DNA of 64,000 nt, from positions 3,584,001-3,648,000 of the forward strand of contig CBDCJV010000002.1 in the NCBI GenBank assembly GCA_965217895.1. The letters are read 5' to 3'. The position numbers and the translations under genes were made by a program. The notes beneath the pieces are model-generated. The model was given only the letters and a program-made list of their open reading frames with translations, did no database searches and was not told the origin of the DNA. This DNA comes from Waterburya sp. (GTDB taxonomy: Bacteria > Cyanobacteriota > Cyanobacteriia > Cyanobacteriales > Xenococcaceae). Of this stretch, positions 20,435-31,024 are shown piece by piece (position 1 is the first letter of the stretch; every line of letters starts with the position of its first letter).

Positions 20435-20725
20435 ATGAATTTATCAAATCTAGGTACTTTAGGTATAAGTCTTTTGTTGGGGCTAATGACAATTTTATTT
20501 ATTTTTAGAATTGTGCTTACCTGGTATCCTCAAGCAGAGCTTACTCGTTTTCCCTTTAGCTTAGTTGTTTTGCCAACCGAACCTTTTTTAAAGCCTCTAC
20601 GTAAAATAATTTCCCCCATTGGTGGAGTAGATATTACGCCAATTATCTGGGTGGGAATTTTAACTTTGATCAGAGAAATTTTAGTTGGACAACAAGGATT
20701 AGTAACTATGGCATTAAGCCATTAA
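20435..20725 (+). CDS. YggT family membrane protein
   Basis: RIVLTWYP, TEPFL, IGGVDITPII. Confidence 0.85.
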   Translation: MNLSNLGTLGISLLLGLMTILFIFRIVLTWYPQAELTRFPFSLVVLPTEPFLKPLRKIISPIGGVDITPIIWVGILTLIREILVGQQGLVTMALSH

Positions 20726-20794
20726 ACATAAAAAATAATTAACTAATGTTAAGTAAAAGTTATACAATTCAACTAAACTTAATTATTTTTCGCT

Positions 20795-21433
20795 ATGAAA
20801 ACTCGAAACTATTCTTTCGTACTGAAGCGACTATCGACTATTTTAGCTACTAGCATCTTGGCTTTAAGTTCAATGGCAGCAATCACAGGAATTTTAATTT
20901 CCTTTTATTACGAACCAACAGCAGGAGGAGCATATAATTCGTTAAGTTTGATTGAGTCTACAGTTTCTTTTGGTTGGTTGATTCAACGTATACATTCACT
21001 GGCAGGAAACAGCTTGATTGTGGTTTCTTTAATCGCGATAATCGTTATGTTCTTAGGTAGAAAATTCCGTTATAGCTGGTTGACTTCTTGGATTAGCGGC
21101 ATTTTATTGACCTTGACGGCGATCGCTCTTGCTTGGACTGCCATACTCCTTGATTGGACACAGATAGGATATTGGCGTTTTACGATTGAAATCGGAATTA
21201 TTGAATCTATTCCTTATATTGGCTCTATATTGCGAGAACTCATAGTAAGTGGAGATGCGGTTAATACCATGACAGTTAGTCGCTTGTATACATTTCATAG
21301 TTATATTCTTTCAGGGGGCGCATTAATTCTCAGCTTAATTCATTTGGGTGGATTACTATTTTCTGAGCAAGAAGAAAAGCAAATACTTTCAGCTAGTAAT
21401 TTAGAAGTCTCCTTTTCTGATTTGAACCAATAA
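20795..21433 (+). CDS. Cytochrome b6 N-terminal domain-like protein
   Basis: TG..YYEPT..AYNS, FGWLI..IH, LDWTQIGYW, RLYTFH. Confidence 0.75.
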   Translation: MKTRNYSFVLKRLSTILATSILALSSMAAITGILISFYYEPTAGGAYNSLSLIESTVSFGWLIQRIHSLAGNSLIVVSLIAIIVMFLGRKFRYSWLTSWISGILLTLTAIALAWTAILLDWTQIGYWRFTIEIGIIESIPYIGSILRELIVSGDAVNTMTVSRLYTFHSYILSGGALILSLIHLGGLLFSEQEEKQILSASNLEVSFSDLNQ

Positions 21434-21788
21434 TAATCAGTTAGGTTTTTAATTTCTTCCATCATCTGAGTGAAAACACAACAACGCTTTGATAGTCTTT
21501 CTTCGAGTTCATCGAAACCATAAACATATAACCATTCATATTGATGCTGTACAACTGCCTAGGGTTTCTTACCAATCCGACTCCAAACCTTCTTTAAAAT
21601 TGGTTTTAATACTATTCTTCCAAAGCAGGTGCTATCTTCTCGACTCAATCGGATTTTTGCTTTGTCGATATCGCTTTTTCAATTCAAAAGCACTTAGGTG
21701 CGAAGCTAAATAAGCTTTTTTCGGCATTAGTAAGTTTAAGTATTTTGCCTATTATTTTAAGCTACTTTTACCAAGCGGATTTAGTATA
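21428..21788 (-). mobile_element. Internally deleted IS630-family remnant
   Basis: Minus-strand fragments RYRQSKNPIE, KPILKKVWSRIG..VVQHQYEWLYVYGF, DELEERLSKRCCV..EIKNLTDYYW; end motif GGATTTAGTATA. Confidence 0.65.
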
Positions 21789-22091
21789 AGCATTTATTTT
21801 ACTTAAAAACCCGACAATATTTAACTTGCTACTTATTACTTCCTGCACAGAGAGAAACGATACTAGTTGAATTTTTATTTGCTAATATCATATATATGGG
21901 GATTATTTTTTTAATATTGGCTTAATTAAAAGTTACACAAGCTAATTGTTTCTACGAAAAATAGCGCAAATAATGAATATATAAATCTTAATTTTTTTTA
22001 TTGCTGACGATATTTTTCAGATCGGCTATGCTAAGCTATTCGTTTTTGTTAATTACATATTTAATAAACAATTGGAAGTTGATGGCAACTG

Positions 22092-23141
22092 ATGAAAATT
22101 TATACTTTCAATGCACCTATAGATACTCGTGTAGAACTATTATGGTCTTTGAGATCTAAAAACAGAGACAAGATATTTGATAAATTTATACATCAAAATA
22201 AATATACAGAAGTCAATTCAATTCAAGAGTGCGATTTGGCTATATATCCTAATCGAGTTTTTCATCCAGAAACTTTGAACTTTGATAGCTCTGTATTTGC
22301 AGCAGCAGAAAAGGCTGAAGAATACAATAAACCTTTAATTATTGATGCGACCAGTGATTCTGATGTTTTTTTAAATATACCAACAGCTAAAATACTGCGC
22401 TGTGGTTTGTATAAAAGCTTGAAACAAAATTTTGAGATAGAGTGTCCTTTTTGGAGCAATTACAGAACAAAAAAAAGCTTAGACGCTTTAATAATATTAC
22501 CCAAAAAAACAAAGCCAGTAATTGGGTTTTGTGGAACAATTTCATCTATAGGCAAATTGTCTCAGCTAGGAAAATTAATCTTACCCTCAAAAGTTGCTAA
22601 AGCAGTTTTGGCTAAAGGTAGATTAGCCCACAAGGTTGATATTAGATTTCGAGAAGGCATGAGTCTAAAATTAAGGACATTAGCCATTAATATTCTGTCA
22701 CTAGACACAAGAATTGAGAGTCATTTCGATATTAGTGATCCTTATCAAAGCTATTATTTGAAAAATGAGACTAATCGACAACTATTAGAAAATTTGTTTG
22801 TAACTAATACAAGTAAATGCGACTATATTTTGTGCATTAGAGGGACTGGTAACTACTCTGGACGCTTTTATATGGCTTTAAATGCAGGGCGTATACCAGT
22901 GGTTTTAGATACTGATATAGTTATTCCCTTTGAAGACAAATTACACATAGTCAAAGTTCCAGTTCAGTCTCTAGAAAATATTGGAGATTTTGTTTTAAAG
23001 CATTTTGAACAAACAACTGACAAAGAACTAATTGCAATGAAGGCGCGAAATCGTTTTGTCTATAATCAATTTATATCTCCTGAAAAGTTTTTCCCCAACC
23101 TATTGTACAGTATGACTCCCAGTAAGCTGTCAAGCATTTAG
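22092..23141 (+). CDS. Exostosin/GT47-like glycosyltransferase
   Basis: IGFCG, YILCIRGTGNYSGRFYMALNAGRIPVVLDTD. Confidence 0.65.
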   Translation: MKIYTFNAPIDTRVELLWSLRSKNRDKIFDKFIHQNKYTEVNSIQECDLAIYPNRVFHPETLNFDSSVFAAAEKAEEYNKPLIIDATSDSDVFLNIPTAKILRCGLYKSLKQNFEIECPFWSNYRTKKSLDALIILPKKTKPVIGFCGTISSIGKLSQLGKLILPSKVAKAVLAKGRLAHKVDIRFREGMSLKLRTLAINILSLDTRIESHFDISDPYQSYYLKNETNRQLLENLFVTNTSKCDYILCIRGTGNYSGRFYMALNAGRIPVVLDTDIVIPFEDKLHIVKVPVQSLENIGDFVLKHFEQTTDKELIAMKARNRFVYNQFISPEKFFPNLLYSMTPSKLSSI

Positions 23142-23388
23142 TTTAACGAGCAATTCCTTAAAGGATTCGACATCGAAAAGCATTCCTCTGCGCCTATTGC
23201 CTATTGAGGTTGATGGGGAGAGAGTTTGACACTTTATTTCCTAATTAAAAAAGGATGCACTTAAATTGCATCGGCAGCTTATCGTAAAATGAGTTAGCTA
23301 TAGCCAAGCCAATTTATTGTGCAAAATTGGCTTTTTTTTGCTATAAACAATAAGAAATCAGCAAAAATATTTAGCTGTAAAATATTTA

Positions 23389-24147
23389 TTATAGATTCCT
23401 AACTTGACCAGATTTTTGTTTAAAAGATAAGGAAAAATGTAGCTCTTCAAATTGAGATTGAATGTAGGATAATAACCCATGAATAAATATTACTATCCCT
23501 AACATTTCAAGTAGTTCTTCAATGCTTGAGGCAATTCCATATACCGTATTGTAGCCATAATTATCGGCTATATAACCACCTATAAGTTCCATACCTAATG
23601 CACCAGTAACATAAACAAATCCTGCCAAAATAAATAGTATTTTAGTTTTGATGGGCAAACTTTGAATGAATTTTCTAAACGTTAGCAGAAAAATAATTAG
23701 GAGAAAGAATGCAGGAACTACCCAAGTAAAATATAATAATCCATGAGCGTTAATTGCACCTCTCAAAAGCGGGATTGATAGCTCATGAATGCTGCACAAT
23801 TCATCTATAGCTAGAAATAAAAATATAAATGCTAGTGCTTTCCAGTGTTTAGCATATTTGGATTTTCTATATTTTTTCACCGTGGCGATTATGGCTAATA
23901 TATAGCTGCTAAATCCTAAAGCTAAAGTCGAGTATAAAGACAGCAAGTTGTATTCTTGATCGAAGTTAAAATAATGAGAAACAATCTGATTTTCGTAATT
24001 GGCATTATGCCAATAAACAAAAATTCTTTCTGCTAGGTTAAACACAACCAGTAAGGCAATAATTGTCAGGAGAAACTTAGTAACTTTTGTAGGAGACAAA
24101 TTATAAGCTGGTAGGTTTAACTGCCCTGCAAAATGGCTAGACTTCAT
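23389..24147 (-). CDS. Conserved multi-pass membrane protein
   Basis: FLAIDE..SIHE, GMELIGG, IEELLEMLG; 6-7 TM helices. Confidence 0.7.
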   Translation of the reverse strand: MKSSHFAGQLNLPAYNLSPTKVTKFLLTIIALLVVFNLAERIFVYWHNANYENQIVSHYFNFDQEYNLLSLYSTLALGFSSYILAIIATVKKYRKSKYAKHWKALAFIFLFLAIDELCSIHELSIPLLRGAINAHGLLYFTWVVPAFFLLIIFLLTFRKFIQSLPIKTKILFILAGFVYVTGALGMELIGGYIADNYGYNTVYGIASSIEELLEMLGIVIFIHGLLSYIQSQFEELHFSLSFKQKSGQVRNL

Positions 24148-24312
24148 ATATGTTTATAAAATAAAGACTTAAAAGTATTTCATTAATATTACCTTAATCT
24201 ATGGATAACTTTAACATTAAAAAATCAAGCTAATTGATTGTTGATAGCTAAAGCTGTTCAAGTCTATATTGCATCTAGAAAAATGCCAAGCAACTGCACT
24301 AGAAACACTATT

Positions 24313-24408
24313 TACTAAATCCTGTTCGTATAGGTAATTTATCTGTTTTTCAAGTCAGAGGTCAGAGGTCAGTAAATTGATTGTTACCTTTATCAATGGG
24401 ATTTAGTA
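24313..24408. mobile_element. 96-bp MITE-like element
   Basis: IR TACTAAATCC / GGATTTAGTA, the same end motif as the IS630 remnant; internal TCAGAGG repeats. Confidence 0.55.
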
Positions 24409-24541
24409 TTATTGCCAACGCGAAGAGTTTAAGACAAATATAAAGGTGTTATTAATTATTCGATTTACTTTAGGTTTTAGACTGTTGACTAGTTGATTTC
24501 TGGCTAAACTAGTTTACCTATTGTTAATTAACTATTAACCA

Positions 24542-24714
24542 ACATGAGTTCGCATGGAAGCTGAAACCTTTATTAGATAAGTATTTTGAAAATGCTATTT
24601 TTTCGCTAGATCTTCTCTTCAAGACAATTAAACAATACTTCAAAAGCTTAAAGCTAAGAGCAAGCGAGCTTATAGCTACCCAAACAGACCAATCTTGTTA
24701 ACCCGAACTCACGT
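24542..24714. mobile_element. 173-bp MITE with a 6-bp target duplication
   Basis: IR ACATGAGTTCG / CGAACTCACGT; TAACCA at 24536-24541 and 24715-24720. Confidence 0.75.
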
Positions 24715-24835
24715 TAACCAACGGTTACAGCAGCGGACAGACCTCCTAAAGGGTTCAACGGTTTCCCAGAAGGGCGGAACTTGATTCCGCATCTAGAACC
24801 ATGCTGTTGTTGGACGTGGGGGAGTAATCTGTGAC

Positions 24836-26077
24836 TTAAGTTCGATTGGGAGCTTCTCGTAAAGCTCTGGCTACAGCCTTCCAGGCAGGCTTTCGTAAAT
24901 ATCCTCGATCTAATAGTAATGGACGAACATCCGCACCATCTTTTCTAGGAGCATAGCCACTTAGCCAAGTATAGCGATCGCTCAAGCCCCAACTAACAAT
25001 TGTGGTGACGGCAGGTTCATCGAGAACAACAGAAAGATATTGATAATATGCCTCTGCTACTAGGCGATCGCGAATTGTCACATCTTTGGGGAGTTTAGCA
25101 TCGCTGACATCTAATTCAGAAATGATAATTTGTAATCCCATACTGGCAACATCACTAAGAAATTTCCTAAACTTCTGACCATCAAATTCCTGGTTTCTAC
25201 TTCCGTCTAAATGGCTTTGAATACCCAAAGCATGAACAGGTGTTCCTTTTGCTTTCAATCTTTCTAGTAATTTTAAGACGGCGGTTCGGCGTTTTCCGTC
25301 CCAACTAGTGCCGAAAGGATTGCTATAGGTTAGTCCATTATCGTTATAAACTAAGATCGCTTGAGGATCTGCTTGGGCAGCAATATGGAAAGCACGTTCA
25401 ATATAGCTTGGTCCCAAGAAATTAAGCCAGGCTGGATATTTTTCGCCTCTAATACCACTTTTAGTAGTGTCTTTTAAATTATCGTTTCTGCCATCATCAA
25501 CGTTAATTGCTTCATTAACTACATCCCAAGAACTTACTCTGCCTGCATGACGTTTGGCTAAAGTAGTAACATGATTAGTAAAAATTTTATCGATTTCGGC
25601 ACTAGTAGTATCAGCAGACTTAAATTTCTCTACTAGCCAAGGCGAATTAAATTCATTCCAAATTAAAGGATGTGCGCGAAAAATCAGATTATTTTGAGTT
25701 GCAAAGTTAAAGAAAGCGTCAGTTTGTTGAAAATCATAATTGTTGTAGCCGAAAGGACCAACGGTAACTCCAAAAAAGCCACCGACTACCATGGCATATT
25801 CTCGACAAAAATTTTCTTTGAACTTTATATCGTAGGGAAGTTCATCATAGGCTCTTTGAGTAAATCCGCCATAAATTATGCCTTTAGATGCTGCTATTTG
25901 ACGCAGAGTTTCTCCTTTGATACTTTTATTTTGTTTGGTTGACTCACTTAAATATTGATTAGATTCTGGTTTTTGAGCGGTAGAATATTGATATTTGCGA
26001 ATTAAACCTGCTGCCCCAAATCCCCCAAGAGCTAATAAAAATGAGCGTCTGCCGTATTTTAATAATTTTCTGGTCAT
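24836..26077 (-). CDS. GH10 endo-1,4-beta-xylanase-like protein with a Tat-type signal
   Basis: GRRSFL; RAHPLIW, WDVVNE, GIQSH, ISELDV. Confidence 0.85.
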   Translation of the reverse strand: MTRKLLKYGRRSFLLALGGFGAAGLIRKYQYSTAQKPESNQYLSESTKQNKSIKGETLRQIAASKGIIYGGFTQRAYDELPYDIKFKENFCREYAMVVGGFFGVTVGPFGYNNYDFQQTDAFFNFATQNNLIFRAHPLIWNEFNSPWLVEKFKSADTTSAEIDKIFTNHVTTLAKRHAGRVSSWDVVNEAINVDDGRNDNLKDTTKSGIRGEKYPAWLNFLGPSYIERAFHIAAQADPQAILVYNDNGLTYSNPFGTSWDGKRRTAVLKLLERLKAKGTPVHALGIQSHLDGSRNQEFDGQKFRKFLSDVASMGLQIIISELDVSDAKLPKDVTIRDRLVAEAYYQYLSVVLDEPAVTTIVSWGLSDRYTWLSGYAPRKDGADVRPLLLDRGYLRKPAWKAVARALREAPNRT

Positions 26078-26108
26078 AGAACTATATTCTTAGACTTTTG
26101 CTAGTTTA

Positions 26109-27389
26109 CTAAGTATTTGATGCAGATTGTTTAGAATATCGATAAACAAAACCCCAGAGAAAAACCATTAATAAAAATTCAGAAGCAATTGTTGCCCAAA
26201 TAGCACCAAGCCAGCCATACTGAGGAATAAGCCAGAAATTCAACAAGCCATTGATAATAGCTACTAATACTTGAGCAGTAGTTCGAGAGCTTTGATAATT
26301 TGCTCCAGTTAAAGTGTCTGCTGCAAAAAAGTGCATAGATCGCAAGAAAATTGTCGGTGAAAGCCACAATAATGCCCAGGCAGAGGCTTGGTATTTAGAG
26401 CCCAAGATAACTGGTAATAAAGGAGAAAGAACAACTATGCCAACAATTGCTAACAAAGAATAAGCTATGGAAAAAGGTAAAATCTTTTTACATAATTCAA
26501 AACTCCCTTTGATTCCTGAAGCACCCTGTTGAAAGAATTTTCTAAATGAAGCTAAAGCAACTGATTGAATTGGCGTAAAGGCAACATTTAGGATCTGATA
26601 TGCAGCCCCATATATTCCAGTCGCTTCTAAGGTAGATAACTTAGCCAGCATAGATTTATCTAAATCATTATAGATATTTTGGGCAGATACGCTGACGGCA
26701 AAAGCGAAACCAAGTCGCAACTCTTGTTTTACTTTAGATAAGTTGAACTTGGGATAACCAACTAACTTAGTAACCAGATAGATAGATACTACTCCAGAGA
26801 CAAATGTAGCAATGCAATAGAGTATGCACCATGTAAGTATAGTGGGATGGTCAAAAAAAGCAATAAATGCTAGGGAGGCGACAAACCTGTTTAATGACAT
26901 CAAGACAATAGTTTTAGCTGTGTAATCTAAGAGTCCCACAGCCATAAAAGCATCCCTAGCAATATCATTAAATTTTAAAAAGGTTAGATTAGCTAAAGCC
27001 ACAAAAAATACCGAATAAATTGAAATATTCGGTATAGAAAAAAAGTTATAACCTATTAATATTAAAGCTGTAAATATTGAGCTAAACAAAAGGTTTTTAA
27101 GAATTGTAGTTCCAAAATATTCTCTAAATAAACTGCGATCGCGTGAAACATTTTGGATAAATACTTCTCCACTACCCCAGCCTGCAAAAGGAATAAAAAT
27201 AGATACTATTGCCACTATGCCTACATACGCCCCGTATTTTTCTGGGGCGAAAGTACGAGCCAAAATAACGAAGTAGAAACCTTGAATAACTAACCTTAAA
27301 ATAAAAGATTGAAATATTGTCCAAGAATTCTTTAATAGTTTACTTTGTGATAAATTGCCAAGTATTAAACTCAACTTTTCTTTAAACAT
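26109..27389 (-). CDS. wzx: Wzx polysaccharide flippase
   Basis: ILARTFAPEKYG, DKSML..GIYGAA, LIPQYGWLGAIWAT. Confidence 0.8.
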   Translation of the reverse strand: MFKEKLSLILGNLSQSKLLKNSWTIFQSFILRLVIQGFYFVILARTFAPEKYGAYVGIVAIVSIFIPFAGWGSGEVFIQNVSRDRSLFREYFGTTILKNLLFSSIFTALILIGYNFFSIPNISIYSVFFVALANLTFLKFNDIARDAFMAVGLLDYTAKTIVLMSLNRFVASLAFIAFFDHPTILTWCILYCIATFVSGVVSIYLVTKLVGYPKFNLSKVKQELRLGFAFAVSVSAQNIYNDLDKSMLAKLSTLEATGIYGAAYQILNVAFTPIQSVALASFRKFFQQGASGIKGSFELCKKILPFSIAYSLLAIVGIVVLSPLLPVILGSKYQASAWALLWLSPTIFLRSMHFFAADTLTGANYQSSRTTAQVLVAIINGLLNFWLIPQYGWLGAIWATIASEFLLMVFLWGFVYRYSKQSASNT

Positions 27390-27399
27390 AAAACATAAA

Positions 27400-28647
27400 T
27401 CAACTAGGAGATGCCACTACTTTAGGCTTTGCTTTTTGAGTCTTTACTTTCATTGAATAGAGTGAAACTAGAGTAATGATCCAGATATTGCCCCCAGTAA
27501 AAAAAGAAACTTCTGTACAATTTGAAAACACGTTATACATTAAAAATAAAAATATCCAGAGCATCTTCAAATCTTTAGAGATTAAATATCCATATAAAGA
27601 TCTAAATAAACAATTAGCATATCCTAGTAAAAATACAACCAAGCCAATAAATCCTAAATCGATCCAAAGTTGTATATAGCCATTGTGAGAGTGGACAGGA
27701 GACCAATCATGTATTTGCCATAACAAATAAGACGTTCTACTTTCTCCAGAGAAAAAGCTCCCGTAACCATAGCCTAGAAGTGGCTTTTGCTGTATAAACT
27801 GCCATAAAGTATGCCACAAAAGAGTCCTACCAGACAAAGTTATGTCCTTATCATTAACTCTTAAGAATGTATTGAAGTTAATTAAAAACAAAAACAAAAC
27901 CAAAGAGGTAACAATTAGAAATAATAGTATTAAAAATACGCTTTTTTTGGACTGCAATGATAGTCTTTTTAATCCTTGAGCAGTTACAAAAATAAAGAAG
28001 ACGCTCATTAAAGCAGTGGCAGATTCCGCCAAATAAATTAAAACTACTGATAAAAAACAGCAAATTAGAAAAAACAATCGTCTTTTTTTGTGTAAAAGTG
28101 ACAAAAAATAAAAGCTAATAAAGCTGGCAAACATACTCGATCCCAAGTTGTTTTTGTGCGGAAAAATGCCCTTCCAAGCACCAACAATAGCATCAGTATT
28201 CATTACCCCGTATTGTGGCAGAGCTATACCAAACAAAAAGCTAAAAAATATAGAAATACCAAAAGTCCAGCCATATATTCTTAGCTGTTGCTCAAAATCG
28301 TAGCTAGAACCTAGATATAATGCGAATAAGGTTGCTCCAATCAAGGCTACTACTTTTCTAAAGGCTATATCAGGAACGGATGACCAGGAGATAGAGACGA
28401 TAGCTAAACCAAGCAAAAATAAGATCCATAAGTGGCTACCTAAAAACATTAAGCTTCTTTGCCAGCGAAAAACTAGCAAAAAGACAGTTACAAAATATAT
28501 GCCGATAAAAGCAAGTCGAAGTCCTGGACTATCTATATCACCCTCTCCAACAGTTTCACCTAAGATAATAGAATAAAATCCATTGGAAAATAGCAGTAGC
28601 GATATAACTGAAAATACGTTTTCAAAAGGACGAATTGACTTTTTCAT
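27400..28647 (-). CDS. Wzy polymerase / O-antigen ligase family
   Basis: HKNNLG, LSGRT..W, GYGY, HSHNGYI. Confidence 0.8.
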   Translation of the reverse strand: MKKSIRPFENVFSVISLLLFSNGFYSIILGETVGEGDIDSPGLRLAFIGIYFVTVFLLVFRWQRSLMFLGSHLWILFLLGLAIVSISWSSVPDIAFRKVVALIGATLFALYLGSSYDFEQQLRIYGWTFGISIFFSFLFGIALPQYGVMNTDAIVGAWKGIFPHKNNLGSSMFASFISFYFLSLLHKKRRLFFLICCFLSVVLIYLAESATALMSVFFIFVTAQGLKRLSLQSKKSVFLILLFLIVTSLVLFLFLINFNTFLRVNDKDITLSGRTLLWHTLWQFIQQKPLLGYGYGSFFSGESRTSYLLWQIHDWSPVHSHNGYIQLWIDLGFIGLVVFLLGYANCLFRSLYGYLISKDLKMLWIFLFLMYNVFSNCTEVSFFTGGNIWIITLVSLYSMKVKTQKAKPKVVASPS

Positions 28648-28787
28648 GTTGTCTAATTGGAGAAAGTTTTTCTAGACAATATACAGCCGTATTTTATACA
28701 TTTTTGATTTCAGTTAATCTCAAATGGCGCGTATCACATAACAATCGATCATTTAAATACAATTTTTGTAATGACTCAATCAACAGC

Positions 28788-30971
28788 TTACCCATCACCT
28801 TTTTCTGCATAGTAGTAGCTGTTGTAGTAATAAGGTTCTCTGCTCATGTCTGCCCCATTAACAATTACACCTAATACCTTTTGTCCAGTACTATCCAAAG
28901 TTTTCTTGGCTGCACTAGCACTGCCGTAGTCAGCAACTCCAGGTCGGACAACGAATAAAAAGCCATCTACCTGCCTGCCAATAATTTTTGTATCTGCAAT
29001 ACCATTAATAGGAGGTGTATCAAAGATAACCTGATCGTAATATTTTGATACACTATCGATAAATTCTCTCATTGATGAAGAATCCAAAAGAGCGATCGGA
29101 TTATTTGGTATTGACCCCGCAGTCAAAACATCCAGATTAGGCATAGTGTTTTGGATTGCATCTTCCCATTGAACCTCATGCCTAAGAATGTTGCTTAGAC
29201 CTACTTGGTTAGAAATTTCCCAAATATGATGTTGGGTTGGGCGACGCATATCTGCATCTACCAGTAAAATTTTTTGACCACACTCAGAGCGTGCTACTGC
29301 CAAATTAGCTGAGACAGAAGATTTCCCTTCTTGGGGGACTGAACTAGTTATGGCAATAACCTTTTTCCTAGCCTCAGCATCTAAAAGCTTAAGATTAACC
29401 TGTATATTTTGATACGCTTCTTTTAAGGGCATCATCGATACTTCACTGACAAACTTTTGTGGAAGGTTCAAGTTTGTTGGCGTGCCGCTTCCTGGAAGTT
29501 GCGGTTGCTGATTATTACCCCCTGGTAAATTTATATTAGGGACTATGCCATGCAAAGGATAGGCAAACATATTCTCAACTTCTTGAGTATTCTTGATCGT
29601 GTTGTCTTTAAGATCTAAAAGGAAAGCCAGTGCCGTTCCTAACAATACGCCCATCATAGCTCCTGCTGCAATAATTATTTTGCCGTCAGGATTTACAGGG
29701 TCTTCTGAGATGGCTGCATTAGCAACTACCCGCACTTTATCGATATCGCTGGGAAGCACATCTATCTGTTTTGATTTGCTTAAAAGAGTTTCATATGCAG
29801 ATTGAGCAGCCGTTACTTTTCGCTGTAGCTGTCTTTGTTGTTCTTGTAACTGAGGAAAGTTATTCGATTTGCTTTGGTATGCAGTGTAGGTATTTTGTAA
29901 AGACGCTAGCCTTTGGTCTAATCCTTCTTTTTGCAGTCCTAATTCGGCATAATTAGCTAGCTGGGCTTGCTTCAATTCTCCTAAACTTAAAATATTGACG
30001 CTACTGGCTAAGCTTTGCTGAGATCCTAACGTACTAGCAACCTGCTGTTTTAGCAGAGTAGTTAAATCTGCCTGCTCCTCTTTTAGACTAATAATCTGCG
30101 GAGAGCTATCAGATAAAACGTTACTCTTCTGGGCTAAAGTCAACTTAACTTTCTGTAGTTGGTCTAAAGTGCTTTGTACTCCAACCGATTGGCTCAGTGA
30201 ACTAACGGCAGAAGCTTCTTGCCAGGTCATACCTAGCTGGCTTTTTAATCTACTATATCGGGCATCCACATCTTTTAACTGTGCTTTTACCTGATCGATT
30301 TGGCTTTCAACTGCGGATATAGAATCAATTGTGGAGGTTGTCTCCTCGTCTAAATTAGCAGTGCGATTGCGGTTTTGAAACAGACGTAGGGTTTCTTCTG
30401 CTTCTCTTACGCTCTGTTCTGCTTTAGGCAATTCTTGCTTGACAAAATCTTTGGCACGCACGGTCCCGCTACGAGTAAACGTAGCATAGTCTTCTGAATA
30501 AAGCTCTACGGCTCTCTTAACGACGGCAACGGCTATGTCTGGATCTGGATCATCGTATGTAATCTGCAATATATCAGTACCCATGATTGGCTCTGCCTTA
30601 AGAGAACGCTTAACACCTTTATAAGTTAGAGGTTTACCGCTATCATTTTTTAAATCTAATTCTTTGATTAATTCTTCAATAACTGGTCGAGATTGAAAAA
30701 TTTTAGCTTCTGTTTCTAGAGGATCTTTTTTGTCGGTCAATCCTTTAAGACCGTCTGGATCTCCTTTAGTATCGAGAATAGCAGAAGTGCGATCGGGTCT
30801 AATTTGTAGTTGAGCTTCAGCCTCATAGACTTTTTCTGACGCTAGTGCAGCAGCTACTGATAGGGTCAAAATTCCAGCAAAGGTTGCTGTTGCAGGTATC
30901 CAACGGCGTTTCAACACCTGCCAATACTTATTAAAGTCTATATACTCTTCTAAATGTAAGTTGGAATCCAT
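28788..30971 (-). CDS. wzc: Wzc/GumC chain-length regulator BY-kinase
   Basis: Wzz domain, PQEGKS Walker A, DADMRRP, DTPP, Tyr-rich tail. Confidence 0.88.
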   Translation of the reverse strand: MDSNLHLEEYIDFNKYWQVLKRRWIPATATFAGILTLSVAAALASEKVYEAEAQLQIRPDRTSAILDTKGDPDGLKGLTDKKDPLETEAKIFQSRPVIEELIKELDLKNDSGKPLTYKGVKRSLKAEPIMGTDILQITYDDPDPDIAVAVVKRAVELYSEDYATFTRSGTVRAKDFVKQELPKAEQSVREAEETLRLFQNRNRTANLDEETTSTIDSISAVESQIDQVKAQLKDVDARYSRLKSQLGMTWQEASAVSSLSQSVGVQSTLDQLQKVKLTLAQKSNVLSDSSPQIISLKEEQADLTTLLKQQVASTLGSQQSLASSVNILSLGELKQAQLANYAELGLQKEGLDQRLASLQNTYTAYQSKSNNFPQLQEQQRQLQRKVTAAQSAYETLLSKSKQIDVLPSDIDKVRVVANAAISEDPVNPDGKIIIAAGAMMGVLLGTALAFLLDLKDNTIKNTQEVENMFAYPLHGIVPNINLPGGNNQQPQLPGSGTPTNLNLPQKFVSEVSMMPLKEAYQNIQVNLKLLDAEARKKVIAITSSVPQEGKSSVSANLAVARSECGQKILLVDADMRRPTQHHIWEISNQVGLSNILRHEVQWEDAIQNTMPNLDVLTAGSIPNNPIALLDSSSMREFIDSVSKYYDQVIFDTPPINGIADTKIIGRQVDGFLFVVRPGVADYGSASAAKKTLDSTGQKVLGVIVNGADMSREPYYYNSYYYAEKGDG

Positions 30972-31024
30972 AAATTTTAATTGATGAACTTACTATAGTA
31001 ATATTAATTTTGTTTATTTTGAGC

